This document shows, one piece after another, positions 49,443 to 59,656 of a DNA stretch of 64,000 bases. This DNA comes from Myxococcota bacterium (GTDB taxonomy: Bacteria; Myxococcota_A; UBA9160; PR03). Numbering within the stretch: the first letter of the stretch is position 1; each line of letters begins with the position of its first letter. The notes below the pieces were generated by a model. The model was not told the DNA's origin. It searched no databases and saw nothing but the letters and a program-made list of their open reading frames with translations. The stretch is from assembly GCA_041611735.1 (NCBI GenBank), contig JBFIML010000022.1, positions 1-64,000 on the forward strand, given 5' to 3'. The translations under genes and the position numbers were made by a program.

Positions 49443-50903
49443 TCACGAGGCCGGCTGCACCTCGGTCCCGGCGGGCAGCGTGATGCTCTTCGGCTCCAGG
49501 TAGGCGCGCAGCCCCTCGGGTCCGAGCTCGCGGCCGACCCCCGACTGCTTGAAGCCGCCGAACGGCGCCCCGAACTCCATGGCCAGGCCGTTCACCATGT
49601 AGGTGCCGGTGCGCACGCCCCGCGCCACGGCGAGGCCGCGCTCCACGTCTCCGGTCCAGACGGAGCCCGACAGGCCGTAGTCGGAGTCGTTGGCGATGCG
49701 CACCGCGTCGGCGTCGTCCTGGTAGGGGATCACCACCAGCACGGGGCCGAAGATCTCCTCGCGCGCGATCTTCATGCCGTTGTCCACATTCGCGAAGACG
49801 GTTGGCTCCACGAACCAGCCGCGCTCCAGGCCCGCCGGCCTCCCGCCGCCCGCCGCCAAGCGCGCCCCCGCATCCCGTCCCGCTTGCAGATAGCCCTCCA
49901 CCCGCTGGCGCTGTCGCTCGGCGACCAGCGGACCCACGCCCGTGGCGGGATCCATGGGATCCCCGACCCGCAGGGCGCCCACGGCGCCGGCCAGCGCTTC
50001 CACGCATTCGTCGTAGCGGCTGCGCGGGGCCAGGATGCGGGACTGCGCGATGCAGGCCTGCCCGTTGTTCATGAGCGCCGCGGGCACCAACGCCGGGATC
50101 GCGGCGTCGAGATCGGCATCGTCCAGGATCACCGCCGCGGACTTCCCGCCGAGCTCGAGGGTCACGCGCTTGAGCTGTTCGCCACACAGCGCCCCGATGC
50201 GACGGCCGGCGGCGGTGCTGCCCGTGAAGGCGATCTTGTCCACGCCGGGGTGGGTCACCAGGTGCTCGCCCACCTCGCGGCCGGCGGGCACCACGTTGAC
50301 CACGCCCTTCGGGAGCCCGACCTCCTCGATCGCCTCCGCCAGCAGACCGGCGTCCAGCGGCGTCTCGGGAGCGGGCTTCACCACCACCGTGCAGCCGGCC
50401 GCCAGGGCCGGGGCCAGCTTCAACATGATCGTGAAGAGCGGCACGTTCCAGGGCACGATGGCCCCGACCACGCCCACCGGCTCCTGGCGCACCAGGGCCG
50501 GACCGAGCATGCCCGGACGCACCTCCTCGAAGGGAAACTCCCGGGTCAGGCGCACGTAGTAGTCGAGCACCAGGTTCGAGGCCAGCACCTGACCGGTGTG
50601 GGAGAAGCTGATCGGGCTCCCCATCTCGGCGGTGATGGTGGTGGCGAGTTCGCCCGCCCGGCCCTCCAGGGCCCCCTTCAGCTTGGCCATGGCGTCGGCC
50701 CGCTGGCTGGCGACGAGGCGCGGCCAGGGACCCGTGTCGAAGGCCGCCCGGGCGGCCGCCACGGCCCGGTCCACGTCGGCCTCGCGCGCCTCGGGGCAGT
50801 GGCCGACCGGCTCCTCCGTGAAGGGCGAGATCACCCGGATCGTGGCGTCCGACGAGGGGGCGACCCACGTGCCGCCGATGTACAGCCGGTCGTAGCTCTT
50901 CAT
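49443..50903 (-). CDS. Aldehyde dehydrogenase
   Basis: PWN, FTGSTAAG, LELGGKS, GQAC, EEIFGP and PFGGFKQSG motifs. Confidence 0.96.
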   Translation of the reverse strand: MKSYDRLYIGGTWVAPSSDATIRVISPFTEEPVGHCPEAREADVDRAVAAARAAFDTGPWPRLVASQRADAMAKLKGALEGRAGELATTITAEMGSPISFSHTGQVLASNLVLDYYVRLTREFPFEEVRPGMLGPALVRQEPVGVVGAIVPWNVPLFTIMLKLAPALAAGCTVVVKPAPETPLDAGLLAEAIEEVGLPKGVVNVVPAGREVGEHLVTHPGVDKIAFTGSTAAGRRIGALCGEQLKRVTLELGGKSAAVILDDADLDAAIPALVPAALMNNGQACIAQSRILAPRSRYDECVEALAGAVGALRVGDPMDPATGVGPLVAERQRQRVEGYLQAGRDAGARLAAGGGRPAGLERGWFVEPTVFANVDNGMKIAREEIFGPVLVVIPYQDDADAVRIANDSDYGLSGSVWTGDVERGLAVARGVRTGTYMVNGLAMEFGAPFGGFKQSGVGRELGPEGLRAYLEPKSITLPAGTEVQPAS

Positions 50904-51109
50904 CCCGAACTCCTTCCTGGCCGGTCGGCCGGTGGCCGGTCTGGGCGCCGGGGCAGGGCGGCCCCGGACGCCATCCCGTACCACCGTGCCCCGGCGGCCG
51001 CCAGTCCCACTCCGACGACGATCCACCTCGAGCAGGAGGGGCTTCGCTGCCGCGACGTGCGCGCAGGCCAGGCTCGCCCCCAGCGCGAAGCTGGCCCGGG
51101 TGCGGCAGG

Positions 51110-51288
51110 TTCTCCTGGCTGGTTCTCCGTTGTTGGCGATGGGCCTCGAGGAGCACGCGGTAGACCCCGTCGTCCAGGCGTCCATCCGCGCGCAGCGGCT
51201 TCTCGAACGGGTCCGCCTCGGCGTGGGCGTCCAGCAGCGTCCCCTTCTCGATCAGCCGGTCGAGGCGCAGCCGCAGGGTCGGGTATGC
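51110..51288 (-). pseudogene. Remnant of a DUF2089-like gene (C-terminal half)
   Basis: Reads YPTLRLRLDRLIEK..DPFEKPLRADGRLD..LLEAHR, with no plausible start and no N-terminal half. Family recognised from memory of the YPTxRxRLDxLI motif. Confidence 0.55.
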
Positions 51289-51312
51289 TTCCGCCCGCCC
51301 AAGGAGCCGTCC

Positions 51313-52545
51313 ATGGCCACGACGCTGCCCCAGCGCCAGTCCGAGCCGGGCTGGCACGGTCTCGATCCCCTCGACCGGGACCCGGCGCGGCGGCAGGATC
51401 CCTATCCGTTCCTCCACCACCTGCGCCGGGTCGCCCCGGTGAACCAGACGCCGCTCGGCTTCTGGCGCCTGGCCCGGCACCCGGACTGCGTGCGGCTGCT
51501 GCGCGAGGTGCCCTGCGGCGTGCGTCACCGGGACGGCACGCTGCCTCGGGAGCGCGGGGGCTCGGGGGGGCCGAGCGGCGAATTCATGCTGCAGAAGGAT
51601 CCGCCGGACCACACGCGTCTACGCAAGCTCGTGTCGAAGGCCTTCACGCCCCGGGCCGTGGAGGGCTGGCGCCCGCGCGTGCAGGAGATCGTCGACGCTC
51701 GGCTCGAGCGCGTGCTCCCGAGCGGTCGCCTGGACGGCATCGCCGATCTGGCCCTGCCGGTGCCCTCCACCCTGATCTGCGAGATGTTGGGGGTGCCCGT
51801 GGCGGACCGGCCGCGCTTCACGGGCTGGACCGCCGACGCCACCCATGCGCTGATCGGCGCCCTCGCGACCCCCAGCCAGATGGAGCGCGCCCAGCTCGCC
51901 GCCCTGGAGCTGGCGGGCTACTTCGAGGCGCTCATCGCCGAGCGGCGCAGCCGGCTCTCCGACGACCTCCTGTCGGTCCTGATCCGCGCCGAGGAGGACG
52001 GCGACCGGCTCACCCCGGCGGAGCTGCTGGTGCAGTCGATCGGGCTCCTGATCGCCGGCTTCGAGACCACGATCGGCCTGATCGGGAACGGCATCGTGGC
52101 CCTGAGCCGCCACCCCCGGGAGCTGGCCAGGCTGCGCGCGGATCCCCGCCTCGTGCCCAACGCGGTGGAGGAGTGCCTGCGCTACGACGCCCCGATCGGT
52201 GCCACCATCCGCGTCCTGCACGCAGACGCGGAGTTCGGGGGCCGGCGCATCCCGGCGGACACCGAGGTCTGGGCCCTGCTGCACGCCGCCAACCGCGACC
52301 CCGAGGTCTTCCCGGACCCCGACCGCTTCGACGTGACGCGCTCCAACGCGGCCGAGCACCTGGCTTTCGGCGGTGGCACCCACCACTGCCTGGGCGCGCA
52401 TCTGGCGCGCATGGAGGCGCAGGTCGCGCTCGGCAGCCTGGTGCGGCGCACGCGGGACCTCCGCCTCGAGACGGACGTGATCGAGTGGGGGCCGTCGCTG
52501 TTCCGGGTGCCGGCCCGCCTTCCCCTGCGCTGCACGCCCGCCTGA
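51313..52545 (+). CDS. Cytochrome P450
   Basis: AAGGAG RBS; DPPDHTRLR, AGFETT, EECLR, FGGGTHHCLG. Confidence 0.95.
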   Translation: MATTLPQRQSEPGWHGLDPLDRDPARRQDPYPFLHHLRRVAPVNQTPLGFWRLARHPDCVRLLREVPCGVRHRDGTLPRERGGSGGPSGEFMLQKDPPDHTRLRKLVSKAFTPRAVEGWRPRVQEIVDARLERVLPSGRLDGIADLALPVPSTLICEMLGVPVADRPRFTGWTADATHALIGALATPSQMERAQLAALELAGYFEALIAERRSRLSDDLLSVLIRAEEDGDRLTPAELLVQSIGLLIAGFETTIGLIGNGIVALSRHPRELARLRADPRLVPNAVEECLRYDAPIGATIRVLHADAEFGGRRIPADTEVWALLHAANRDPEVFPDPDRFDVTRSNAAEHLAFGGGTHHCLGAHLARMEAQVALGSLVRRTRDLRLETDVIEWGPSLFRVPARLPLRCTPA

Positions 52546-52562
52546 CGCCGTCCGCTCCGGGT

Positions 52563-53237
52563 TCAGCGCCCGCTCCCAGGGGCCCCGGACCCCGGACCGC
52601 CCCAGCGCTCGCGCAGGGCGTCGAGGTGCTTGCGGTCCGTGATCACCACCACCTCGTCGCCCCGCTGCAGCTTCGCGTCCGCGTCGCCGAACAAGAGCCG
52701 GCCCTCGCGGTAGAGATGCGTGATGCGGGCCGGCTTCGGGAGCCCGAGGTCCTCGATGCGCCCCTCGTCCTCCTGCCGGGCCACGAAGACGAAGGTGCGC
52801 GCGTCGCCGCGGATCACGGCCGAGAGCTCGAGCACGTCGTGGCCCTCCACCAGGTCCGCCAGGTAGCGGCCGATGGTGCGGGCGGGAATCACCGTGTTCT
52901 CGAGGCCCAGCTCGATGCAGATGTGCTCGAACTCTTCGTCCTGGATGCGGGTCACCACGCGCGGAAAGTCCAGGGAGCGGCCCACCAGGCTCGCGATGAT
53001 GTTGGCCTGGTCGTTGCCGGTGAGGCAGAGCAGGACATCGGTGGAGCCGGGATCGGCTTCCCGCAGCAGCGCCGGGCGGGTGCCGTCCCCGTGCAGCACG
53101 CCGCAGTCCAGGTCCTCCGGGAGCTCGGCGATGCGCCCCTTGTCGTGCTCGATGATCACCACCTCGTGGCCCCGCTCGACCAACGCCCGTGCGGTCCGCA
53201 GGGTCAGGGATCCGGCGCCCACGCACACGACCCGCAC
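52563..53237 (-). CDS. trkA: TrkA/KtrA-type K+ uptake regulatory subunit (RCK-N + RCK-C)
   Basis: VCVGAG, VVIIE, HGDGT, TGNDQANII; GDEVVV in the RCK-C domain. Confidence 0.85.
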   Translation of the reverse strand: MRVVCVGAGSLTLRTARALVERGHEVVIIEHDKGRIAELPEDLDCGVLHGDGTRPALLREADPGSTDVLLCLTGNDQANIIASLVGRSLDFPRVVTRIQDEEFEHICIELGLENTVIPARTIGRYLADLVEGHDVLELSAVIRGDARTFVFVARQEDEGRIEDLGLPKPARITHLYREGRLLFGDADAKLQRGDEVVVITDRKHLDALRERWGGPGSGAPGSGR

Positions 53238-53239
53238 GG

Positions 53240-54706
53240 TCAGCCCGCCTTCCGCCCGAACCAGGCGCCGGGCGAGAGCACGAGCAGGAAGGCCACCACT
53301 TCGAGACGTCCGAGAAGCATGTCCACGCAGAGTACGAGCTTGAGCAGCGGCTCGAGCTCCGGCCGGGTGATGCCCGCCGAGAGGCCCACGGTTCCGACCG
53401 CCGAGGCCACCTCGAACAAAGCGTCGAGCGCATTGTACCCGAAGCCGAGAAAGACGAGCCAAGAGACCAGGATCACCGTCACGTACAGGCCGATCACCAC
53501 CAGGACCCGCTCGATCTCGTCGGGGGCCACGCGCTCGCCCTGCAGCCGGGGCTCCACCACCGCATGGGCGGGCGTGCGGATGCGCACCACCGTGAGCTGC
53601 ACCACGCGCAGGGCGATCACGATCCGCAGCAGCTTCATGCCGCCCGCGGTCGAGCCGAAGCTCCCACCCGTCACCATGGAGACGACCAGCGCCGCCTTGG
53701 CCCCCGCCGGGAGCTCGGCCACGGACGTGCTCGCGAAGCCGGCGGTGGTCTGGGCCGAGAAGGCCAGCAGCGCGTGATCCGTGAGCCGGTCCCAGACCAC
53801 CCCGCCGGCCTCGAGGGCGGCATAGAGGACGACGAGGGCCGCGACGCCGAGGCCGCCCAGCACCAGGGCCCGCAGCTCCACGTCGCGCAGCAGGATACCG
53901 GGCCCGCGGCGCAGGAACCGGTGATAGAGGGGCAGGGAGATCGCTCCGGCCACGCACACGAGGATCACGGCGCCCTGCAGCAGGGGTCCGTCCAGGGCCG
54001 CCAGGCTCGCGTCGTGGGGTGCGAAGCCGCCGGTGGAGATGGCCGCCAGCGCGTAGAGCAGGGACTCGAACGCCCCGCCTCCCGCCAGCAGGATGGCCGC
54101 CGTGCCGAGCGCCGTGAGCGCCACGTAGGTGATCAGCATGCGGCGCGCGTGGGCGCGGGCGCTGCCGGCGAAGTCCGTGACCTCGGAGCTGGTGGCGCCC
54201 AGGCGCCGCGACGCCACCCCGGGCCGGATCAGCATGGCGACGCACAGCACGGCGATGCCGAGCCCGCCGTACCACTGCATCCAGGCGCGCCCGAACAGGA
54301 ACGTGCGCGGCCGCTCCTCGACGCTCGCCAGGGTCGAGAGCCCCGTGGTCGTCACCGCCGAGACGGCCTCGAAGAGGGCGTCGAGGGGTGCGAGGCCGGC
54401 CATGCTGAGGGGCCCCGTCATGACCAGGGGCGAGAAGACGAAGACCAGTGCCGTCACCGCCAGGGCTTCGTGGGGCTGGAGGTCGCGCGGCCCCGGCAGG
54501 CGACGCAGGCCGAGGCCGAGCGCCGCGATCCCGAGGCATGCCGCGGCCTGGGAGACCGCCACGGCGGGCTCGCGCGCGACCAGGGCCACCGCCACCGGCA
54601 AGAGGGCGAGCGCCGCGAGCACCACGCACAGGTCGCCGAAGCTGCGCAGCACCACCCGTCCGCGCACGGCGCGGCTCAGGGAACCGACCCGATCCTCCCG
54701 GGCCAC
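53240..54706 (-). CDS. trkH: TrkH/KtrB-type K+ uptake membrane protein
   Basis: FEAVSAVTTTG, QWYGGLG, STGGF, TTAGF, GSTAGGMK, SAVGTVGLS. Confidence 0.92.
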   Translation of the reverse strand: MAREDRVGSLSRAVRGRVVLRSFGDLCVVLAALALLPVAVALVAREPAVAVSQAAACLGIAALGLGLRRLPGPRDLQPHEALAVTALVFVFSPLVMTGPLSMAGLAPLDALFEAVSAVTTTGLSTLASVEERPRTFLFGRAWMQWYGGLGIAVLCVAMLIRPGVASRRLGATSSEVTDFAGSARAHARRMLITYVALTALGTAAILLAGGGAFESLLYALAAISTGGFAPHDASLAALDGPLLQGAVILVCVAGAISLPLYHRFLRRGPGILLRDVELRALVLGGLGVAALVVLYAALEAGGVVWDRLTDHALLAFSAQTTAGFASTSVAELPAGAKAALVVSMVTGGSFGSTAGGMKLLRIVIALRVVQLTVVRIRTPAHAVVEPRLQGERVAPDEIERVLVVIGLYVTVILVSWLVFLGFGYNALDALFEVASAVGTVGLSAGITRPELEPLLKLVLCVDMLLGRLEVVAFLLVLSPGAWFGRKAG

Positions 54707-54779
54707 TGGTGGCTGCGCCCGGGCAGGCGACGCCCGCCCGGTGCTTGCGGGGTCTCCGGGAATTCCAGACGTTCCGCTC

Positions 54780-55862
54780 GTGGCGGGCCGGAACGAAGCC
54801 ATCGATGCCTCGCGTCTCGCGCCGGTGCTCACCGCCTGGGCGCTGGGGGACGCGGCCGTGGCACCCATCGCGCAGGGACTGATCCACCAGAGTTTCTCCG
54901 TGCGGGACGGCGCTGTCGAGTACGTTCTGCAGCGGGTGAGTCCGATCTTCTCGCCCCGCATCCACGACAACATCCAGGCCGTGACCGAGCACCTGGGTCG
55001 CAAGGGCCTCTGCACCCTGCGTCTGGTTCCCACCGTGGCGGGCGCGCCGTGGCTCGAGCTCGCCGCGCAGGAGCGCTGGCGGCTCGTGACGCGCATTCCG
55101 GGCACGACCTTCGACGTGTGCGAGTCCGACTCCCAGGCCCGGGCAGCGGGCGCCCTGGTGGGGCGCTTCCACGGCGCCCTGGCCGACTTCGAGGCGCCGC
55201 TCCATGCGCCGGGCATCCCGCTCCACGACACGGCGGCCCACCTGGCCAGCCTGGAGCGCGCCCTGGTGCGCCACACCACCCATCCGCTCTACGACCAGGT
55301 GGCGCCGCTCGGCGAAGGCATCCTGCGCGCCGCGGCGGCCTGGGCGCCCCTCGACGGCCTGCCGCGCCGCGTCGTGCACGGCGACCTCAAGTTCAACAAC
55401 GTGCTGTTCGCCGGCGCCGACCGGACGGCGCGCTGCCGGGCGGTGAGCCTGATCGACCTCGATCTCGTGTCCCGGCAGCCGCTCTGGCAGGAGCTGGGCG
55501 ACGCCTGGCGCTCGTGGTGCAACCGGAGCGGGGAGGACGCCGAGCAGGCGGCCCTGGATCTGGAGCGCTACGCGGCGGCGGCCCGGGGCTGGCAGGGGGC
55601 GCTCGGCTTCGCCCCCGAGCCCGCCGAGCGGGAGTCCCTGGCCCACGGCCTCGAGCGCATCAGCCTGGAGCTCGCCGCGCGCTTCGCCGCCGACGCCCTG
55701 AACGAGTCCTACTTCGGCTGGGACGCGCAACGCTTCGCTTCGCGCGGCCACCACAACCTGGTGCGGGCGCGCGGGCAGCTCTCGCTCCACGACCAGGCGT
55801 GCGCCACGCGCGCCGAGCGGGCGCGCCTGTTCGCCCAGGACACTAGAAGGCCGGGATCTTGA
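54780..55862 (+). CDS. Aminoglycoside-phosphotransferase-fold kinase (possible amino-sugar kinase)
   Basis: GLIHQSF, YVLQR, HGDLKFNNVLF, IDLD and GDAWRS motifs. Confidence 0.82.
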   Translation: MAGRNEAIDASRLAPVLTAWALGDAAVAPIAQGLIHQSFSVRDGAVEYVLQRVSPIFSPRIHDNIQAVTEHLGRKGLCTLRLVPTVAGAPWLELAAQERWRLVTRIPGTTFDVCESDSQARAAGALVGRFHGALADFEAPLHAPGIPLHDTAAHLASLERALVRHTTHPLYDQVAPLGEGILRAAAAWAPLDGLPRRVVHGDLKFNNVLFAGADRTARCRAVSLIDLDLVSRQPLWQELGDAWRSWCNRSGEDAEQAALDLERYAAAARGWQGALGFAPEPAERESLAHGLERISLELAARFAADALNESYFGWDAQRFASRGHHNLVRARGQLSLHDQACATRAERARLFAQDTRRPGS

Positions 55863-56646
55863 TCGGCCAGTTGGAGGCCACGGTGCCGCCGTCCACCTCG
55901 AAGACCTTGCCCGTGACCCAGGCACCCGCCGGCGAGGCCAGGTAGAGCGCAGCGGCCGCGATGTCCTCCACCGTGCCCAGGCGGGCCATGGGCGTGAGCG
56001 CCTCCATCTGCTCGCGCAGGTCTCCGTGGGCCAGAAACGGGGCCAGGGCGTCGGTCTCCGTGGCGCCCACCGCCAGCGCGTTCACGCGCACGTGGGGGGC
56101 GAACTCGCAGGCGAGCAGCCGCGTCATGTGCGAGAGGGCGGCCTTGGCGGTCCCATAGGCCACGAACCCCGACTCCACCAGATGGGACAGGGCCGATGAG
56201 ACGTTCACGATCGCTCCCGGTTCGCCGGTCTGCTCGCGCGTCTTCAACATCTCGGGGACCAGGCGGCGGCTCAGGTGGAAGGCGGACGTCACGTTGAATT
56301 GGAAGGCCGCCGCGAAGCCTTCGTCGCTCTGCTGGAGGGCGGGCGTCGGCGCCGTGCCTCCGGCGTTGTTCACCAGCACGTCGACGCGCCCGAACTCCGC
56401 CACGGTCCGATCGGCGAGCGCGTCGAGCTGGGCGGCGTGGGTCACGTCGCACGGTACGGCGAGGGCGCGCTGCCCCAGCCTTCGGACGTGCTCCGCCACC
56501 GCTTCGATCTGCCGGGCGGTGCGGGCGGCGCACACCACGTGGGCGCCTGCCTCGGCGAAGGCCGTGGCGATGCCGCGTCCGATGCCGCGCCCGGCGCCGG
56601 TCACCACGGCCACCTTCCCGTCGAGTCGGAAGCGGTCCAGGATCAC
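55843..56646 (-). CDS. SDR oxidoreductase (7-alpha-HSDH-like)
   Basis: TGAGRGIG, NNAGG, YGTAK and RVNA motifs. Confidence 0.93.
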   Translation of the reverse strand: MILDRFRLDGKVAVVTGAGRGIGRGIATAFAEAGAHVVCAARTARQIEAVAEHVRRLGQRALAVPCDVTHAAQLDALADRTVAEFGRVDVLVNNAGGTAPTPALQQSDEGFAAAFQFNVTSAFHLSRRLVPEMLKTREQTGEPGAIVNVSSALSHLVESGFVAYGTAKAALSHMTRLLACEFAPHVRVNALAVGATETDALAPFLAHGDLREQMEALTPMARLGTVEDIAAAALYLASPAGAWVTGKVFEVDGGTVASNWPIKIPAF

Positions 56647-56739
56647 GGGGGCCTCCTTCCCGCGAGCGGCCGGGGCGCGCCCGCCGTCGTGCGGCGCCCA
56701 TTCTACCGACCCCGGGCGGTTCGCTACCGTCGGCGGGCC

Positions 56740-58560
56740 ATGACCTCCCCCCTGCGCCCCGGCGGCGCTGCCCTGGCGGCGGCCGTCCTCGTCGGCTGTC
56801 TCTGGCACGGACCCGAGGAGACGGCGCGTCCGGCCCCGGACCCCGCGGCCCGGCGCACGCTGGCTTCGGGCCCGGTGGTGGGTTTCGCCACCCCCGCCGG
56901 AAGCCACGCCTGGCTCGGCATCCCCTACGCGCGGCCACCCGTCGGCGCCCTGCGCTGGCGGGCTCCGCAGCCCCCCTCGCCGTGGGGTGGCGTCCGCCCC
57001 GCCGTCGCGCCCGGCTCCCCGTGCCCCCAGTACCCGAGCGCCTTCGGCGGCGTGCCGGGCCGGCGCCACACCGTCGTCGGGCGTGAGGACTGTCTGTTCC
57101 TGAACGTGTGGGCGCCCCGCTTCGAGCGGGGCGCGATCCCCGACGGCAGCGAGCGCCTCCCGGTCATGCTGTGGATCCATGGCGGCGGCAACGTGATCGG
57201 CCACGGGGCCTTCTACGACGGCGGCCTGCTGGCGGCGCGTCACCAGGTCCTGGTCGTCACGGTGAACTACCGCCTGGGCCCGCTCGGATGGTTCCGGCAC
57301 GCGGCGCTGGCCGACGAGCAGGCGAGTGACCTGGACCGCTCCGGAAACTACGGCCTGCTGGACCTGGTGGCGGTCCTGGACTGGGTGCGGCGCAACGCGG
57401 CCGTATTCGGCGGCGATCCGAACAACGTGACGATCTTCGGCGAGTCGGCCGGCGGACGCAACGTGGTGTCCCTGCTGCTCTCGCCCCAGGCCCGGGGTCT
57501 ATTCCATCGCGCCATCGTGCAGAGCGGTGGCACCCGCAGCGCGTCGCTCGCCCAGGCCGAGAACTTCTCGGACGACCCGGAGCCCGGAGACGCGGCAAGC
57601 TCGCGGGAGGTCCTGCTGCGGCTGCTCCAGCAGGACGGGGCCCGGGACCGGGCCGAGGCGCGTTCGCGCCTCGCGGCCATGTCCCCGAGCGACGTGGCCC
57701 GCTACCTGCGGGCGAAGTCGCCCCAGGCGCTCCTCGCCGTCTACACCAGCGAGCCGCGCGAGGGGCTGATCCGCGTGCCGAACCCGATTGCGGATGGAGT
57801 CGTCCTGCCGATCGAAGCGCCCGTCGAACGCTTCGGCCGGCCGGGCGGCTACCACGCCGTGCCGACCCTGCTCGGGACCACCCGTGACGAAGCCAAGCTC
57901 TTCTTCTTCTTCGACGCGGCCCGGGTGCGACGCTGGTTCGGTGTGGTCCCGCGGGTGCGGGACCCCGTGCGCTACGAGCTCAGCGCCGAGTACCACAGCC
58001 GGCTGTGGAAGGCGGACGGAGCCGATGAGCTGGCCGAGCACATGAGCCGCGTCCAGGGGCCGACCGTGTGGGTCTACCGCTTCGACTGGGACGAGGAGCC
58101 CCGCGTGCTCGGCGCGGACCTCGGCCGCCTGCTCGGGGCCGCCCACGGCTTCGAGATCCCGTTCGTGTTCGGGCACTTCGATCTCGGACGGGCCGGCCGA
58201 CGCCTCTTCACCGAGACGAACCGCCCGGGCCGCGAGGCGCTCTCCGAGAGCATGATGTCGTACTGGGCTCAGTTCGCCTGGAACGGCGACCCGGGCACCG
58301 GCCGCGACGGACGCCTGCCGCCCTGGCCCGCCTGGCGGGAGGGCAACCCCGGGACGCCCCGCTTCCTGGTGCTGGACACGCCCCAGGACGGGGGCATCCG
58401 CACCGCGTCCGGCGCCGAGAGCGTCTCGGGGCTGGTCGCCGAGCTGCTGGCGGACCCGCGCCTGCCCACCCGGGAGGCCCGCTGCGAGCTGCTGGCCGAG
58501 CTGGCCGATGCCTCGCACCGGCTCGCCGAGAGCGACCTGCGCGAGGCGGGCTGCGACTAG
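56740..58560 (+). CDS. Type-B carboxylesterase, predicted lipoprotein
   Basis: LVGC lipobox; EDCLFLNV, WIHGGG, NYRLG, GESAGG, GAAH. Confidence 0.93.
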   Translation: MTSPLRPGGAALAAAVLVGCLWHGPEETARPAPDPAARRTLASGPVVGFATPAGSHAWLGIPYARPPVGALRWRAPQPPSPWGGVRPAVAPGSPCPQYPSAFGGVPGRRHTVVGREDCLFLNVWAPRFERGAIPDGSERLPVMLWIHGGGNVIGHGAFYDGGLLAARHQVLVVTVNYRLGPLGWFRHAALADEQASDLDRSGNYGLLDLVAVLDWVRRNAAVFGGDPNNVTIFGESAGGRNVVSLLLSPQARGLFHRAIVQSGGTRSASLAQAENFSDDPEPGDAASSREVLLRLLQQDGARDRAEARSRLAAMSPSDVARYLRAKSPQALLAVYTSEPREGLIRVPNPIADGVVLPIEAPVERFGRPGGYHAVPTLLGTTRDEAKLFFFFDAARVRRWFGVVPRVRDPVRYELSAEYHSRLWKADGADELAEHMSRVQGPTVWVYRFDWDEEPRVLGADLGRLLGAAHGFEIPFVFGHFDLGRAGRRLFTETNRPGREALSESMMSYWAQFAWNGDPGTGRDGRLPPWPAWREGNPGTPRFLVLDTPQDGGIRTASGAESVSGLVAELLADPRLPTREARCELLAELADASHRLAESDLREAGCD

Positions 58561-58576
58561 CAGGGAGGGACCCGGC

Positions 58577-59443
58577 ATGGACGAGTCGGCTTGGGATCTG
58601 GAGGGGCGCACCGCTCTCGTCACCGGAGCGACGCGAGGGATCGGGCGGGCAGCGGCCTTCGCCCTGGGCCGCCGCGGCGCCCGGCTCGTGCTGGTGGCCC
58701 GCGATCCCCAGCGCGGCGAGGAGATGGCGGCGACGCTGCGCCGGGAGACCGGCCGGGACGACGTCACCCTCCTGCTCGCCGACCTCTCCTCCCAGGCCCA
58801 GATCCGCCAGCTCGCCAAGGACTTCCTCGCCACCGGGCGGCCGCTGCACGTGCTGCTCAACAACGCGGGTGTGATCCTGCAGCGCCGCACCGAGACCGTG
58901 GACGGTCTGGAGGCCACCTTCGCCGTCAACCACCTGGGCTACTTCCTGGTCACGAACCTGCTCCTCGAGCGCCTGCGCGAGAGCGCCCCGGCCCGCATCG
59001 TGAACGTCGCCTCGGACGCCCACCACTGGGCGGGCGGTCGCCTGGACTTCGACGACCTCCAGAGCGAGCAGCGCTACTCGCCCATGCGCGTCTACGCCCG
59101 GAGCAAGCTCGCGAACATCCTGTTCACCCGCGAGCTGGCGCGGCGGCTCGCGGGCAGCGGCGTCACGGCCAACGCGCTGCATCCGGGCTTCGTGGGCTCG
59201 AACTTCGGCCGCGACAATGGCGCCCTGGCGCGGCTCGGCCTGCTGCTGGCGCGGCCCTTCGCCCGCACACCCGAGAAGGGGGCCGAGACGGCGGTCTGGC
59301 TGTGCGCCGCGCCGGAGCTCGTGGAGACGACCGGCCGCTACTTCCACGACTGCCGGCCGCGCTGGCCCAAGCGCTTCGCCCAGGACGACGCGGACGCCCG
59401 CCGGCTCTGGCAGGTGAGCGAGGCGCTGACGGGCCTCGCCTGA
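58577..59443 (+). CDS. SDR oxidoreductase (retinol dehydrogenase-like)
   Basis: TGATRGIG, NNAG, NHLG, YARSK and LHPG motifs. Confidence 0.93.
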   Translation: MDESAWDLEGRTALVTGATRGIGRAAAFALGRRGARLVLVARDPQRGEEMAATLRRETGRDDVTLLLADLSSQAQIRQLAKDFLATGRPLHVLLNNAGVILQRRTETVDGLEATFAVNHLGYFLVTNLLLERLRESAPARIVNVASDAHHWAGGRLDFDDLQSEQRYSPMRVYARSKLANILFTRELARRLAGSGVTANALHPGFVGSNFGRDNGALARLGLLLARPFARTPEKGAETAVWLCAAPELVETTGRYFHDCRPRWPKRFAQDDADARRLWQVSEALTGLA

Positions 59444-59488
59444 GTCCCGCCGGCCGGGCCCCCGGCACCCGCCCGGCACGCTTCCGGT

Positions 59489-59519
59489 GCACGGGGGGGA
59501 GGCGCCGCGTGCTTTTTTT
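59489..59519 (+). terminator. Possible intrinsic terminator
   Basis: Imperfect GCACG...CGTGC stem followed by seven T. Confidence 0.45.
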
Positions 59520-59539
59520 CTCCCGCCCCGGGTTTCCCC

Positions 59540-59568
59540 TTGACACCCCGGTGCGCTGGATATATTCG
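59540..59568 (+). promoter_or_regulatory. sigma70-type promoter of the kamA operon
   Basis: Perfect TTGACA (59540-59545) followed by AT-rich TATATT (59561-59566). Spacing is imperfect. Confidence 0.5.
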
Positions 59569-59656
59569 CGCGCCAGCATGCACCGAGGGTTGCGCCGGCC
59601 GGGCCGGTCGGCCTGGAGGGGGGCGGCGCCCCGGGGCATGGTGAAGGGGACCTCCA

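Noticed and set aside
49443-51185. N-terminal extensions of ALDH (580 aa) and P450 (50932 start) given in the ORF track
   Set aside because: Family similarity and RBS place the starts at 50903 and 51313; the extensions cross the decayed DUF2089-like region.
59570-59656. Lysine riboswitch in the kamA leader
   Set aside because: Leader is too short and lacks recognisable L-box features. A TGGAGG/CCTCCA pairing exists but is weak evidence in GC-rich DNA.
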